Below are positions 1 through 13,335 of a stretch of DNA of 64,000 nucleotides, piece by piece. Below the pieces are notes generated by a model. That model worked only from the letters and a program-made list of their open reading frames with translations, searched no databases and was not told where the DNA came from. This DNA comes from Callorhinchus milii (lineage: Eukaryota), in the NCBI RefSeq assembly GCF_018977255.1, contig NW_024704742.1, positions 56,732,001-56,796,000 on the forward strand, in the 5' to 3' direction. Both the position numbers and the translations under genes were made by a program. How positions within the stretch are numbered: position 1 is the stretch's first letter; the number at the start of each line of letters is the position of its first letter.

Positions 1-1229
1 AGTTGATGCTATTATGACTTCTAAATAAATACTGTATTCACATTAAAGTCCAGCCAGGCCACTGACTGTAGCCTCACCTCTGGAGTTATGCTTCCTTTGA
101 GCCAGGGTGGTATGTGTATTTTGCCTCTGAAAGAAGCAACAGAGTAAATGGTTCACCTCACAACTGTGTGGTGGTCTGAACACTGTGTTGTTCCAGTCAC
201 AGCTAAGCTGCAAGGCCATCACAATAAGGCTGGTTTAACGTTGCTGGCCTGAAATGTCTGTGAACGGAAAAAAAGTCCCTGCTTTGAAACAAATGTGCTT
301 ATACGTCAACAGTTGTTTCAATATTACTACTGGTCCTTTTGGATCTCATCCTGCAGTGCAAAAGCACAGGTTCCCAGCACTAGCAACCATAGACTACTTT
401 ACATCCTGACACACAGAGCTTGATAATACAGACAATGCATCAAGTGACAATGACTGGAATCAGTTTACATCTGTAATCGATTTACCTAATTCTAAAATAT
501 TGGCATTTCATTTGATACCCAGTTGTAGTAAGTAAGCACAGTTCAACCTGATCAGCTTTTGAGGTTTTTTTTAAAAAAGCTATCAATTTTCTATTATTTA
601 TTATTATTATTTCATCCTTTCAATTAAATGTATATTGTTTTCTAGACGCAATTAATTGAATCTTTAGTCTCCTTCACTTTTGGGACAGACATTGTATAAG
701 CTTGTATTCCTAGCTACAACATTTGTGAAATAACATTTAATTGCCCTCAAGTATAATATACTATATATTCTGTGTGTGTCTAATATATTCCACCACTGAG
801 ACTGTCAGTGACCCACATATAATTTGCCTTAAGTGTTACTAGTTGTGACTTTCTTAATAGAATTACAAGAATATCAGATAAATTGTGCTGCATGTACCAG
901 CAAGTCAGCTGAGTTTTAAAAGACTATCTTTTGAAAGACGTTCCTCCCTTCTTTGCCAACAGTATCACAAAGCAAAATGCCATCTGCTAAACATTGTTTA
1001 TGTAGCCACGGACATTTCTCAAATCTCATATCCGGCCCTCAGTCGCCAAAAGGTTTAACCACCCTGATCTACAAAATGCTGCTGCTCTCCTACAGAGAGG
1101 AAGATGGAGGCATTGTGGGCACTCCTTATCATCCCTAATGACTGGTTCAATGTTATGGCTTCTCCGGAGGCCAAACGCTTGCTCTCTCACCCACCGCTGA
1201 CTTGCATTTATAAAGTGACCTTCACTTAG

Positions 1230-1435
1230 AATAATGTTATGCAGCACTTTACAGTGATTGGGACGGATGCCTAACAGCAGGGAGAGGCGTAGGGGGAGAT
1301 AACATTGGCGCGGTCAAAGAGGTAGGTTTTAAGTTGAGGTGGGATTTGAAGACCGATTTTAGAGGGGGGGGTGAGACTGAGAGGATAAAGAGGGAGGGTG
1401 CAGAGATTGGGGGAAGTGGGTTCAGTGAAATAGCT
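1230..1435 (-). mobile_element. Decayed L2-clade LINE 3' fragment
   Basis: The reverse strand reads like the 3' UTR of the other L2 copies (ctcaaaacctacctctttgac-type wording; ORF text LKTYLFDRA). Confidence 0.55.
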
Positions 1436-1753
1436 GAATGAAGGGATTTTCATTCTTTTGGATTTTATATAATTCCTTTTTCTTTCCTTCATTATTTCCA
1501 GGATTGGAAAGACCTGCTCTGTAAATAACGTATCAGAGCAGCCCAGCAATTGTCTCTGTAATTTCCCACCTTCCACTTGACGCCTTCTTTTAACAATCTG
1601 ATGAAGATCAGGAACGCACTATGAGAGAATCGCTGGTGTAGAGTGGAATGCTAGTCATTCAGCGGGCTGCATTATCAGGCACAATCCTACCATTTTAATA
1701 TGTGATTCTGGGGTTCTAACCTCTAGATATGTTCAGCATCCTGTATGTTGTGT

Positions 1754-2445
1754 TAAGAACATAAGAACATAAGAAATAGAAGAAGGAGTAGGCCATTCGG
1801 CCCCTCAGCCTGCCCCGCCATTCAATAAGATCATGGCTGATCGATTCTAACTCCACCTACCTGCCTTATCCCCATATCTTTTAATCCCTTTATCCACAAG
1901 AAATCTATCAATCTCAGTCGAATATGTTCAAGGACTCAGCATCTATAGCCCTTTAGGGTAGAGAATTCCATAAATTCACTACCCTCTGAGTGAAGAAGGT
2001 TTTTCTCAACTCAGTGCGAAAGGGCTTACCCCTAATTTTAAGACTGTGACCCCTGGTTATAGTTTCTCCAACCAGGGGAAAAAGTCTCCCACTATCTATT
2101 CTATCGTGCCCCTTAATAATCTTATAGGTTTCTATAAGATCACCTCTCATTCTTCTATATTCTAGAGAATATAGGTCTAAATTGCTCAACCTATCCTCAT
2201 AACTCATTCCCCTCATCCCAGGTACCAACCTAGTGAATCTACATTGTACCCCCTCCAAGGCGAGTACATCCTTTCTTAAATAAGGAGACCAAAACTACAC
2301 ACAATACTCTAGGTGATGTCTCACAAGGGCCCTATACAGTTGCAGCACTACTCTTATATTCTAACCCTTGTGTAACAAATGCCAACATACCGTTAGCCTT
2401 CCTAATTGCTTGCCACATCTGCAAACTAACGTTTTGTGACTGGTG
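1754..2445 (-). mobile_element. CR1-clade LINE 3' fragment (RT C-terminus and 3' UTR)
   Basis: ORF 1953..2258 has EGVQCRFTRLVPG...SLEYRRMRGDLIETYKI...FFTQRVVNLWNSLP, typical of the CR1 ORF2 end. The 3' octamer tail reads (AAGAACAT)n on +. Confidence 0.93.
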
Positions 2446-2794
2446 TACAAAGATTGCATTTTGTTCACCTGTATCATTATGTTTCTATTAATCTTCCCTG
2501 TTAAGAAGTGTTTCCTATTTCAGTCCAGACACAGGAAAATTTCCATGTGTAGATGGCACTTATATGTGGCACTTTCAATTAGGTTGGATACTCCTATGCC
2601 TAGTGATGGAGTTCTGCATGAACCAGACACCCGTTGACCAAAACAAAAGATTACCTATTCTTAAACTTTTACAAAGAGCCAACAACTTTCTCATTTGATC
2701 CAAGACAATCACTGTGAGCTGGATGTTTCTCCTGGTGTATACCAAATGCAAGGATTATTATTGTTAGTTTTGACCTGGACAGGTAAAAGTGTTA

Positions 2795-2915
2795 TAAATC
2801 AAACTGCAGGTACCGGAAATTTGAAACAAAGTCCAAGTTAGTGGAAATCCACAACTCAGTTGGCATCTGAAAGGCAAAGATCGGCTGGCATTGCAGGTTC
2901 AGCCTTCCATCAAGA
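2795..2915. mobile_element. Highly decayed Penelope-type repeat fragment
   Basis: aaactgcaggtaccggaaatttgaaacaaa...gcatctga... resembles the left arm of the 34892-35129 element. Confidence 0.4.
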
Positions 2916-4479
2916 AAGTGGTTTAGCTGATATTACTTCAGAGAACTTTGTAATTACATTTGCCCTAATGGTTTTTATGTTTATGTCAAGCTCGCAGAGC
3001 ATCCAAGGTAGAACACAGTGAAATCCTCTGCATTGCAATCACGATTGAATCACCTAAGCAACTTGATTCCACTGATTAGGTGATCTTCATATTTTGCTTC
3101 TTTCTGTTCGATCTCCCATTCTTATTAAACAACTTAATTATCTTCATCTCTGCTGCTCATTGATGTGTTCTGCACGTGGCACTTTATAAAGACATGTTTA
3201 TTTTCCTTTGCTTAACTTCCAAATGGGCAGAACTGTGAAGTACTGCTAACCAGAACTGAATGTGGAATTTATGGAATTTAATCAGCTAAAATTGTACACC
3301 TTATTAGTCCTGAGGCCCTAGTAAACTTGCTCCAGCTGTCCTGCTGTAAAATGCTGCTTATTCGAGCATTAGATCGCAGGGTCATCATGAGCCAAGTAAT
3401 AATTCTGCCCTTTTTTCCCTCCCCATCTCCTGTCTGCAGGACTATTTTTACCTCTTGATGCCCTATTAATTTTTTAAAAATGTTTTGGTCAACCTGGTTT
3501 TCATGCAGAAACCTATACTATAAAGTATCCAAACCAGACTGAGTGTTCCACATACATATGGTACCTACACATGGAAATTAACTTGTGTCTGGAATGAAAT
3601 GCACGCTCTCTCTTTGGAGGGTCCCATTCTGCTTACCTCATTTTGGAGAGTTTTAGGCATGGGGTGACAAGAGCCATACGTGGGAATCCCAAAGTATGTG
3701 CTCGAGTTTTAAACAATGAAAAAATTGAACCTGCCTGCCTCAGATGGCAGATCACCAATGCATCATTGACTCAGCTCAACTCTCCCTTCTCTTCTTTATG
3801 CAAATGCCTTTCCACAAGAGAAGATAAAAATTGGTAATTGTGATTTTGTTAACATTCAAACCAAAGGCTAAGCAAAAAATCTAAATCAAAGTCATAAACA
3901 TTCACTTAAATATTCTTTTTGAATGTTTAACAAAATGGTCAAGCTGTCTAGTCTTACCAGTGTACTCCAAGGTCATGGAAACAGTGGTGCAGCAGTTACT
4001 AAATATTTTCAGTTGGTTCCCTTGCAGTTTAGATCAATATTTTCTATGAGATTAGAATCAATCAAAGCAGGCCTTGGACCTCAGAGCAATATAAATGTCA
4101 GCCTCTCCTCGGAGAGAGCCGCAGATACATCCTAATGTCAGTGACTTTACAGAGAGACATAGCCAAAAGGAGAGACTTCTGAGAATTTAGTGGTAAGGGA
4201 AAGAAAAATATTAACAAAAATTCTTCCAATATTAAAATGTAATTCCAGGTTCTAACCAACCTTTTACGTGATACATAATAAATAAAAGGTAATATAATTA
4301 ACAAATATTCACCTACACATCGCTGTCACTAATTTTACAGAACTGTGAGGTTCTTTGAGATACCCTGCTGATGTGAATGATTATCACTACAACAGCAACA
4401 ACGACGACAAATTATATTTGTATAGCCCCTTTCACGTTGGGAAGATGTCACAAGACTCTATCAAATCCAAGAATTATTA

Positions 4480-5510
4480 TAAACAGAGGGAGCCCCTCCA
4501 ATCTGGTTTCCACCCTGTCCACAGCACAGAGACTGTGCTCAACAAGGTCATAAACAACATCCTCTCTCTCTCTGACCAGGTCTCCCTCTGCCTCCTCATT
4601 CTCTTGGACTTCTCTGCCTTTTTCAACACATAGTAGACCACGCCATCCTCATCCACCACCTTTCCTCCCTCATCAATGCACTAGTCTAATTTGAGTCCTA
4701 CCTAACAAACTGACGTCACTTTATGGTTTCTCCTCCCATCCCCACCCAGTCACCTGTGGTGTACCATCCTTGGCCCCTCCTCTTCCTTATCTATATGCTG
4801 CCTCTTGGCAATGTCATTTGCAAACATGGGGTAAACACAAGCCTACCTCCTCCAGCTTTGACTCCAGGTCCGCCGATGTTCCCCCGGCGTGTCTGGCGAA
4901 CATCAGGGTGAGCACAAACTTCCTACAACTCAATGTTGACAAGACGGAAGCCACACTCGTTGGCTGCTGTCAACGGCTTATCCTGACTTTGTCAACCTCC
5001 CGGCCTATCCCTCAGACTTACTGAACCTCTGTGCAACCTAGACGTCAGAGTCGACCCACAGCTATCCTTCCTACTCATCCAAACTAACCCCATCACACCA
5101 GTTCTAGCCAGGCTCCACTGGCTCCCAATAACCGAATGGATTGATTTCAAGATCCTCACACTCGTTCCCAAATCCCTGGCACCTCACTACCTTTCTGACC
5201 TGCTTAACCCCCAACCTGCTGCCTCCGCTTAACTGGCTCCAGCCTTCTGCATGTCCCTAGTGCCCTCCGTTCCACCATTGGTGGTCAGCTTTCAGCCATT
5301 ACGCCCAAAACTCTGGAACACTCTTCCTCTATCTCTCTGCCTTACCCTTTCCTTCCCCATCTTCAGGTCACACCTGAAGACCTTCCTCTTGGACCGTGCC
5401 TACAGTCACCTAGCCCTCTCCCAGGCTTGCCATGGTGCTCCACCACTGTCAAGCGCTCTGGGACGCTACCCTGCCTGAGGGGCACTATATAAATCCAAGT
5501 TGTTGTTGTT
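4480..5510 (+). mobile_element. L2-clade LINE, 5'-truncated, internally deleted and frameshifted
   Basis: RT remnants LQSGFHPVHSTETVLNKV...[22 protein letters not shown] and NFLQLNVDKTE; ends in aaatccaag(TTG)n. Confidence 0.9.
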
Positions 5511-5529
5511 GGTGAGTACTTGAAGGTGT

Positions 5530-5765
5530 TGCCCCCTGCCTGACCCGTCCCACCATCAGCGGTCGGGCTTTCAGCCTCTCTGCTCCCACCCTTTGGAACT
5601 CTATCCCACATTCCTTTCGCCTCACTCCATCCCTTGCCTCCTTCAAGGCACATCTTAAGACCCTCCTCTTCAACTGCACCTTCAGCCACCCTCCCTGACT
5701 GTTCAGCACGTTGGGACGTCCTCCTAACATGAAAGGCACTGTACAAAATATTATTTTGTATTGTA
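5530..5765 (+). mobile_element. Second L2 3'-end fragment, in tandem with the previous one
   Basis: cccaccatcagcggtcgggctttcagc...ggaactct...gggacgtcctcctaacatgaaaggcactgtacaaa. Confidence 0.8.
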
Positions 5766-7884
5766 TCTTCTTTATAGAAAATTACCATACTTTAATTTTC
5801 GTAATGACTCTTGCCTACTGCAGCTTTCAGCAACGATGAATTATGTTGTTTCGATGCCATTTGTTAGATATATGAAAGCAGGATTAATGTTCTACTGTTG
5901 ACCCTGAAGTTTTTTTTCAAATCTGCTGGCCTATACCAGAAAAGCAACTAATCACAGATGATCTCTAGAATATTTTATGTATTCTGTGGTGACCTTGCTT
6001 ATGTGCCAGCCTGGATGCCTGCATTTTTGTTGTTCATTACTTTGAATGTGTTTTTTATCTTCCTGATTTTTACAAAACAATAATCTTCACATGGGAAAGA
6101 GCAGCGTGTTTCACATGCGACTTCGTAAGTATCTTGTATTCGCAGGGTAGTCTCATTTTTCAGCGCTTTGCTGGTTAACTTGGGTTCCTTGTAGACCCGT
6201 GGTCTCACACTCAAATTCTAGGTCAACCAGCTTCCAGGTTGACTTCCTGGACTGCACAGGAAGTACTATTAACAACTCTTGGTTATGGATGTGATGCCAG
6301 CAGTAACCAGACAGTCAGGACATTGCCCATTTTTTCAACCCACGTGTTTCACCACAGGGTCTGGGTATAGGGATCCAGATGACTGGGCTTTAACAAGTTG
6401 GTTCTGTATTAAGACAGTGGCTCTCTACTCCAGCAAACTTTGGGTTTGTATATGAAGCTGAGCTATTCACAATTAATGGAGGAACTCTGGATACATGCAG
6501 GAGAAGGGAACAGAGGGGAAGGGAGACGAGGGATGGAGGCTCATTTATAGAACACTGGCGTGGAATATTTGGGCCATCTGTCCTGTTTTGGGGCTGGATG
6601 GCATGTTTTGGGATCACTTAGCTTATGTAATTCAATGCAACGGATGCTGTTTGGCATGGGGGTCTATTTTACAAGATTTGGAAAGTAGATTCACTGAAAC
6701 CTTACTGAAAAAGCCAGCCTTTTCATGGAACTTATGAGCTCAAAGTCCAGACAAAAAGAACTGACACAAGTTCCCTGATCTCATGTGTTGCTCTATATCT
6801 CTAAATACTACTGGTAATTAGTTAGGGGCCTATTTGCTAAAGATTAAATCAATGTTTATATATCCATTGGATTCAAGATATTACTGCTATCTGTATACAA
6901 TATCTTTACTTCCATATAGTGTTTTGTAATGCTGGTTTTATGCTGATCTAAATCACATCCTAGATCTACAAAAATAAAATGTTGCTGTAGAAAGAGCATT
7001 GCTTATGTGTCAGCACCTCCACTTGAGATGTCACGATTTGTGCAGCAGGTGGTATACATTTAACTCAGCATGAAACGCATGCACCAAAAACCATGCCTGA
7101 CTCCAAAGCTCTGAACTCTGGTTACAAAAGAGGGATATGGGCAGTCAGTGCTTTTCTAATCTTGTAACCTTTAAGAGAGTTCTCTGGGCTTCCAGCTCTT
7201 TTTAAACTTGTTTTTTTATGCAACACTGGGTGTAGTTAGACTGTAATTCATTTAGACCATAGCAGTGTTTATCTATTTGCTGAGAGATTCTAGCACTGAC
7301 ATCTCCAGTTCAGCTGCACACCGGAATTATTATTTATTGATGCAAGGAGTAGTCAGCAGCTGAAACAAGTTCCCAGGCAGGATGATTGATTGATGCTTGA
7401 CTTGCTCAAGAAATGATTTGATGTTGTAAAAGGAAGATGGTGTAGTTGCTCTTCTGGAAGAATGAGATTGTATGGGATAAAGGTTTTTCTTCATCTGAAC
7501 CTCTCATGATCTTCCAATATGCCAAGTGATATTGGATTCAGTGCAAAATAGCAAACTTACTCCAGTTCAGCTGCTCATTTGCTTTATTTTTATAATAACA
7601 ATTACTTTCTAGCAACAGAATAAAACATTCATTTTGTAAAAGATGATAAAAAATGATCGGGAACAGATTATTTTGTGCAGATTGCATTGTTCAAGCGTTT
7701 TTACATTAACTGGTTACTATTCCAGAAGAACAAGATTGTATCCCATTCTTCCAGAACATTAACTCTTACATTGTTCAAGCCTTTTTACATTTACTTGCTA
7801 GTATGACCTTTACCTTCTAGTACCGTGGACTGGGTGACAGAGCTATAATGTGGACAGTAGTTCGGACAATGGATATGCCATTAA

Positions 7885-8180
7885 CAATAACAAAATTACA
7901 TTTGTATAGCGCCTTTCCTGTCGGGAGGATGTCCCAAGGCGCTGGACAGACAGTTACGGACCCGAGCTGAGGGTCGGGGTGGGGGAGGGGGGAGAGCAGG
8001 GGGGGAAGCAGGGAGATTGAAAGCACGGTCGAAGAGGAGCGTCTTGAGGTAGATTTTGAAGGTGGCGAGGGAAAGGGCGAGACGGAGGGGCTGTGGGATG
8101 GAGTTCCAGAGGGTGGGTGCAAAGTGGCGGAAGGCCCGCCCGCCGATAGTGGGGAGAACAAGGCGGGGAACATGACGCAG
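7885..8180 (-). mobile_element. L2 3'-end insertion with 8-bp TSD (GCCATTAA at 7877-7884 and 8181-8188)
   Basis: caataacaaaattacatttgtatagcgcctttcctgtcgggaggatgtcccaaggcgctggac is the reverse of the L2 tail; flanked by a direct repeat. Confidence 0.85.
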
Positions 8181-9582
8181 GCCATTAAATTAATGTTTAA
8201 TACAGTAATCCCTCCAAACATGTAAAGGACTCATCCCTTTCTTCTGGTTTCCGCAAATTGCGTTTTTAGTGCACAAGTAAAAGACTAACATCTGTCACTG
8301 CTGTGATGGTATTATAAAGCTTAAGGGGAAGTTTCTGTTTTAAATGCTTACTTCGGGGTAGTAAATACCTGTCAGACATTAATGGACTGTTATGTTTTAA
8401 TCTATTTTTAAAAGTGAAAGGCTTACAAATCACGATATTACTGCACATATTGTTATCTCAGCCTCTTTATGTTCGCATTCATGTTTAGTGTAGAAAAGTT
8501 TGTGTAAGTTTGACCTTGCGTATGTTGTCGTTTATCTTATCCACTTATCCAATCAATGGCTCTATTGTTATTTTTGGTATCAGCATCACAATAATGCAAT
8601 GTACTGCATTCAATTAAACACTCTTATCTTGAAGTGCTACTAACAGCAGGTAGGATGTTTTTTCTACACTGCCTCTGAAGCGGCTGAGTTGGAACATCCT
8701 CAATTGCAAATGCACAAAACTACATGAGTCTTAAGCTGTGCTGACACTTAAACTGGAACCTATTGCATTCCACAAAAGAATGGCAGACGTTTTGTAGTAG
8801 GAACATATTTGTGATGAAACAATTTTTTCTATGAATCCTTTCTAGTAATGAGATATTGTTAGAGAATGATATTCCACCACTGAACAAATGTTCCTTCAGT
8901 CAAGTATTTCACTATTACAAGGTTCCATACTAGTATGATCTTTACTTCCTGACACTAATGTGGACTGGGTGGCAGGACTGTAATGTGGACAGCAGTTTGG
9001 ACAATGATATGCTGAGTATATATAGTAATTTCTCCAAACATGTAAAAGATTCATCCCTTTCTCCTGGTTTCTGCAAATTGTGTTTTAATGCACAAGTAAA
9101 AGAATAGCAACTGTGACTGTTGTGATGGTATTGATAGTCCAAGGGGACGTTTCAGTTTTAAAAGCACTCGGAAATACCCTTGTAGACCATCTGTTTGGAG
9201 ATTGCAGTATTAACTACAGGAAGTTGTCACTTCTAATAATGCTGTTGAGAATCTCCCTGTCTGTGCAGTGGAATTATTGTTGGCATGAACAGAATAGAGA
9301 TTAGTTTCCAATGACAAAATGGTTCCAAAAAATGTAAAATGTGTACAAAATAATATTCGTGAATGATGGATTGAAAATCTTTCTTTACACTTCTGTCAAA
9401 TCAAAGCGTTGTCGCTTATGTTGAACTAAAGCACTTATCTCAGAATTAAGCAAGTTGACTGAAGATAAACATACCCAATATTGTTTAGTATTTTACATGT
9501 TTATCAGTGAGTCCTCATCAACTCTGTAGATGTGTTGTGTTTTTTGTGTACAAATGTGCAGACTCTTATATTTAAATGTCAT

Positions 9583-10345
9583 TCTAGCTCAATGGGTAGC
9601 ACTCTTGCCTCTGAGATAAAAGGTTGTGGGTTCAAGCCCCAAGTCAGGCTTTGGGTATCATCCTAAGGTGACACTTCATTGCAGTGATGGATTGTGCTGC
9701 ATGGTTGTATCTTTGGATGAAATAAATTGAGGTCCCATCTGTCTGTTCATGTTGACGTTAAATATTGCATGGCACTATTTGAAAAGAGAAGGGAGTTTCT
9801 CTCAGTGTCGTGGCCAACAATCCCCCAGAGAAAAGTTTATGACTGTTGTGGAGTCTTGTAGCTCAATGATTAGGGCATTCACCTCCCAAATGAGAGACCT
9901 CTGTTCGATTCCCAGCAGAACGAGGAATTTTTATGTTTCCTTACTCCACACACCTCTGTTTACCTAGCAGTAAGTAGGAATCTGGCTGTTAGTCAATTGG
10001 CGGATCGCTTTTGTGGGGGGAATAATTCCTTCAAAAAAATAAAAAAAATAATAATAAATTGGTCACTTCAATACACGACTGTTTGTGCGACACTGCTGTG
10101 CTCAATTGGCTGCTGTGTTTCGCCCACAAAATGTACAATCAATTCACTTTACAGTATATTCTGTGAGACGTCTCAAAGACATGATAAGACCTATATCAAA
10201 TCCAACCATTATTATTGCTGTCTGCAAATTGGCTATTGCGTTTGTCTACAAATACATTCATCACACTCTACAGTAAAATCCTGTGAAACACTTTGAGATA
10301 TTTGACGATAATGCTAAGGCTCTATATCAAATGCAAGAATTATTA
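9583..10345 (+). mobile_element. Old Deu-domain SINE (SacSINE1/AmnSINE1-like; 9583-9830 and 10216-10345), split by a younger SINE
   Basis: tRNA-like head agctcaatgggtagcactcttgcctctgag...gggttcaagccc and Deu core ...gcatggcactatttgaaaagagaagggagtttctc...tggccaac. The 3' half resumes at 10216 (tgctgtctgcaaattggct...atcaaatgcaag). Confidence 0.7.
9848..10215 (+). mobile_element. tRNA-headed Deu-domain SINE, long-form subfamily
   Basis: Same head, body and tail as the 27129 copy, plus an extra ~70-bp segment (~9955-10020). Confidence 0.85.
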
Positions 10346-11214
10346 GTTTTCATATTAAATTCTACCCAGGGATCTGTCTAATGGACAGCTTATGAGTTTT
10401 GAACAGAGGATAGGTGAGCAAGCCCTGTTTACTTCATACCCTCTGCCCCCACCAAACTTGTACTGTTAATGTACAGCTGCAAATTACCCTGCTCCTCACA
10501 TTGCCTCTGCCATGAGTTTTTCAGAAGTGAGGTTTCAGTGATATTCAAGTTGACTTGTATCCCCCCATTTTATATTGCACGTTTGGAAGCAAATCCTAAA
10601 GTATAAACGAAGCACATAAGTTTTTTTATGGTTTAAAAAAAACATTTACTTAATCTGAGTATCATTTGCCAAAATGCTGCAGATGTTTTGCGTACCTCAA
10701 GCAGAAATCTGCAGCTAACATTTTGTAATAATTAACAGCAGAACAATCAGGATAATTGTAGGTAAACATTCAGACACAGGAACATTATTCAGATGTGGAA
10801 ATGTGTTTCAGTTTTAGAAGGACGTTCGATCCAATGGTCGCTCAAACCATTAATGAGGCTCTACTTATGACAAGGAATGTTATTTTAAGATCAGATGGAA
10901 ATCTGCTCCTTTGACAAACTGAGGCAAATTGTTCATCACGGTCATTTTATCTCTGATGTTTACTTCAATAGCAATAGCCTGGGTATCGAGAACAGCTTCA
11001 CTCAGAAGAGGGGAAAAACATTATGTGCAATAGCATACACAACAAAGCAACGTGGGAGATGGATTTGAAATATTGCTTTTCACATTCTATTGTCTGAAGA
11101 AATAACTTCTGGATAAACAAGCCCAAACAATTTCATTAATCTCCAAGATAGAAAAATTGATATGAAGTGTACTGGATTCACTGAACTCCAAGATGCTTGG
11201 TACTTTGCATCTTT

Positions 11215-11640
11215 AAACAACAACAAGATTACATTTGCATAGCACCTTTCACATCGGGAGGATGTTCCAAGGCGCTGGACAGTATACAGCATTTCAGCCC
11301 TGAGCTGGGGTTGGGGGGTTAAGGGATGGGAAGGGAAGGGGTGTGGCCGATGGCATGGTCGAAGAGGAGGGTTTTGAGGTGGGACTTGAAAGAGGCTAAG
11401 GAAGGGGCGAGGCAGAGTGACTGGGGGATGGAATTGCAGTGGTTGGGGGCAGAGTGGCTAAAGGCTCTCCTGCCAATGGTGGGTCGGGGGACGTGAAGCA
11501 GGCTGGAGCCGGCCGCGTGGAGGGAACCTAGAGATGAGCAGCAGCACTAGAAAAAGGGGCGAAGAAAGAGGACGACAACAACAACAAAATTGCACGTATA
11601 GCGCCTATCACGTCGGGAGGATGTCCCAAGGCGCTGGACG
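11215..11640 (-). mobile_element. L2 3' fragment (11215-11525) plus a second isolated L2 tail (11575-11640)
   Basis: Two copies of (CAA)n...atagc(a/g)cct(t/a)tcac(a/g)tcgggaggatgt(t/c)ccaaggcgctggac. Confidence 0.85.
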
Positions 11641-11694
11641 CATTTGGCAGGTTTTTAAAATGGTGTGAGAGCTGTTTTGGGCTCAGAAACTGGA

Positions 11695-12220
11695 CATTGT
11701 GGAACTTGCCGTGGAGGGGGTGCAGCGCAGATTTACTAGGTTAGTACCAGGGATGAAGGGGATGAGTTACGAGGATAGGCTGACCAATTTGGGCCTATAT
11801 TCTCTAGAATATAGAAGAATTAGAGGGGATCTTATAGAAACCTATAAGATCATCAAACGGCATGATAGAGTAGATAGTGGGAGATTGTTTCTCTTGGTTG
11901 GAGAAACTAAAACCAGGGGTCACAACCTTAAAATCAGAGGCCAGCCCTTTCACACTGAGTTGAGGAAGAACTTCTTCACTCAAAGGGTGGTGAATGTATG
12001 AAACTCGCTACCCCAAAGGGCTGTTGACGTTCAGTCCTTGAACAAATTCAAGACTGAGATAGATAGATTTCTTATTGCAAAATGGATTAAGGGATATGGG
12101 GATAAGGCAGGGTTATGGTATTAGCTGGAGTTAGATGAGAAGATCAGCCATGATTGAATGGTGGGGCAGGCTCGAAGGGCCGAATGGCCTACTCCTGCTC
12201 CTACATGTTATGTTATGTTA
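11695..12220 (+). mobile_element. CR1-clade LINE 3' fragment
   Basis: ORF 11699..12001 VEGVQRRFTRLVPG...RGDLIETYKII...FFTQRVVNV; 3' UTR gggccgaatggcctactcctgctcct with a (TGTTA)n tail. Confidence 0.93.
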
Positions 12221-13025
12221 AATAGATAATTGTGATGAAGTGAAATGATTTGTATGATCAATGAGGTCATCACTAACGATCCATTGCAATCCATGTTCAG
12301 GAAAAAATGAACCGCAACATGTGACAAAGACAATGCACGTGATGGAGATGGTGCAAGTCAGGAAAGAGCGACCAAACTATCATAGTACAACTGAAGTGAT
12401 GACAAAGCACGAGAGTGGAGATCGGGGTAATAATGACGTACAATGCAATTGACGAGTATGGCTTTGGATAGAAGCAAGGAAGATGCCGTAACTGTTCCTC
12501 TCTTTGGGCAGTATTAGGAAAATGACTCTCCCCTTGGCAGCGGGTATTAAAAGGAGGAATAATCCCTTGGTCTAACTGAAAGTACTATTCAGGGTTTATC
12601 TTTTCTATTCCATTTATCAATGTTAAATACCTTCCCTCTGAGCAACCTTCGTCTTAGGCCTTAGCTCATTGAGTCACTCGTAATAGCTCAACCCTTCAAT
12701 GTTGAGGATCTGTCTAATTGCTCTCCTCATTACCTCGAGGATCTGTGAGGGTGACTAATGTTGCGTGCAGCAATCTGAGATTCCAGTCATTGCTGTTTGC
12801 CGACTTCCACTGCTACTTTCTTAATGTGGTGCTAAACATTGGTTCAAGTCCAAGTTTAGAAAAAAAAATAAAGGTTAGCTCCTGACTTTCTTGGCAAAGG
12901 GAAACATTTGAAGAATGTTAGCAGTTTGCTGTTTTTAAGGCTGAATCAGTATAGGTATTTTCGCTCAATACATTAAAGTGTATTTCAAGAAATAAGTTAT
13001 ATGGGAGTAAATTTCTCATTTAGAT

Positions 13026-13335
13026 ATAATAATAATCCTTGCATTTGATCTAGCGCTTTTCACGTCTTCTAGACGTCTCAAAGCGCTTCGCATAATAGAC
13101 TGTAAAGTGAATTGTCTGTATATTTGTGTGCGAAATACGGCAACCAATTGCGCACAGCAGTGTCCCACAAACAGTCGTGGATTGAAATGACCAATTTATT
13201 ATTGTTTTTTTTGAGGGATTATTATCAGGCATGTGGAGTAAGGAAACTTCCCCAAGGTTTCATGCTGCCGGGAACCAAACCCAGGTCTCTCACTTGCAAA
13301 GCAAGTGCTTTAACCACTGAGCTACAGGGCTCCAC
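13026..13335 (-). mobile_element. Young tRNA-Ala-headed Deu-domain SINE, full length, antisense to SORBS2
   Basis: Reverse complement of the 27129/48595/61785 copies, from head (gtggagccctgtagctcagtgg) to (ATT)n tail. Confidence 0.92.
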
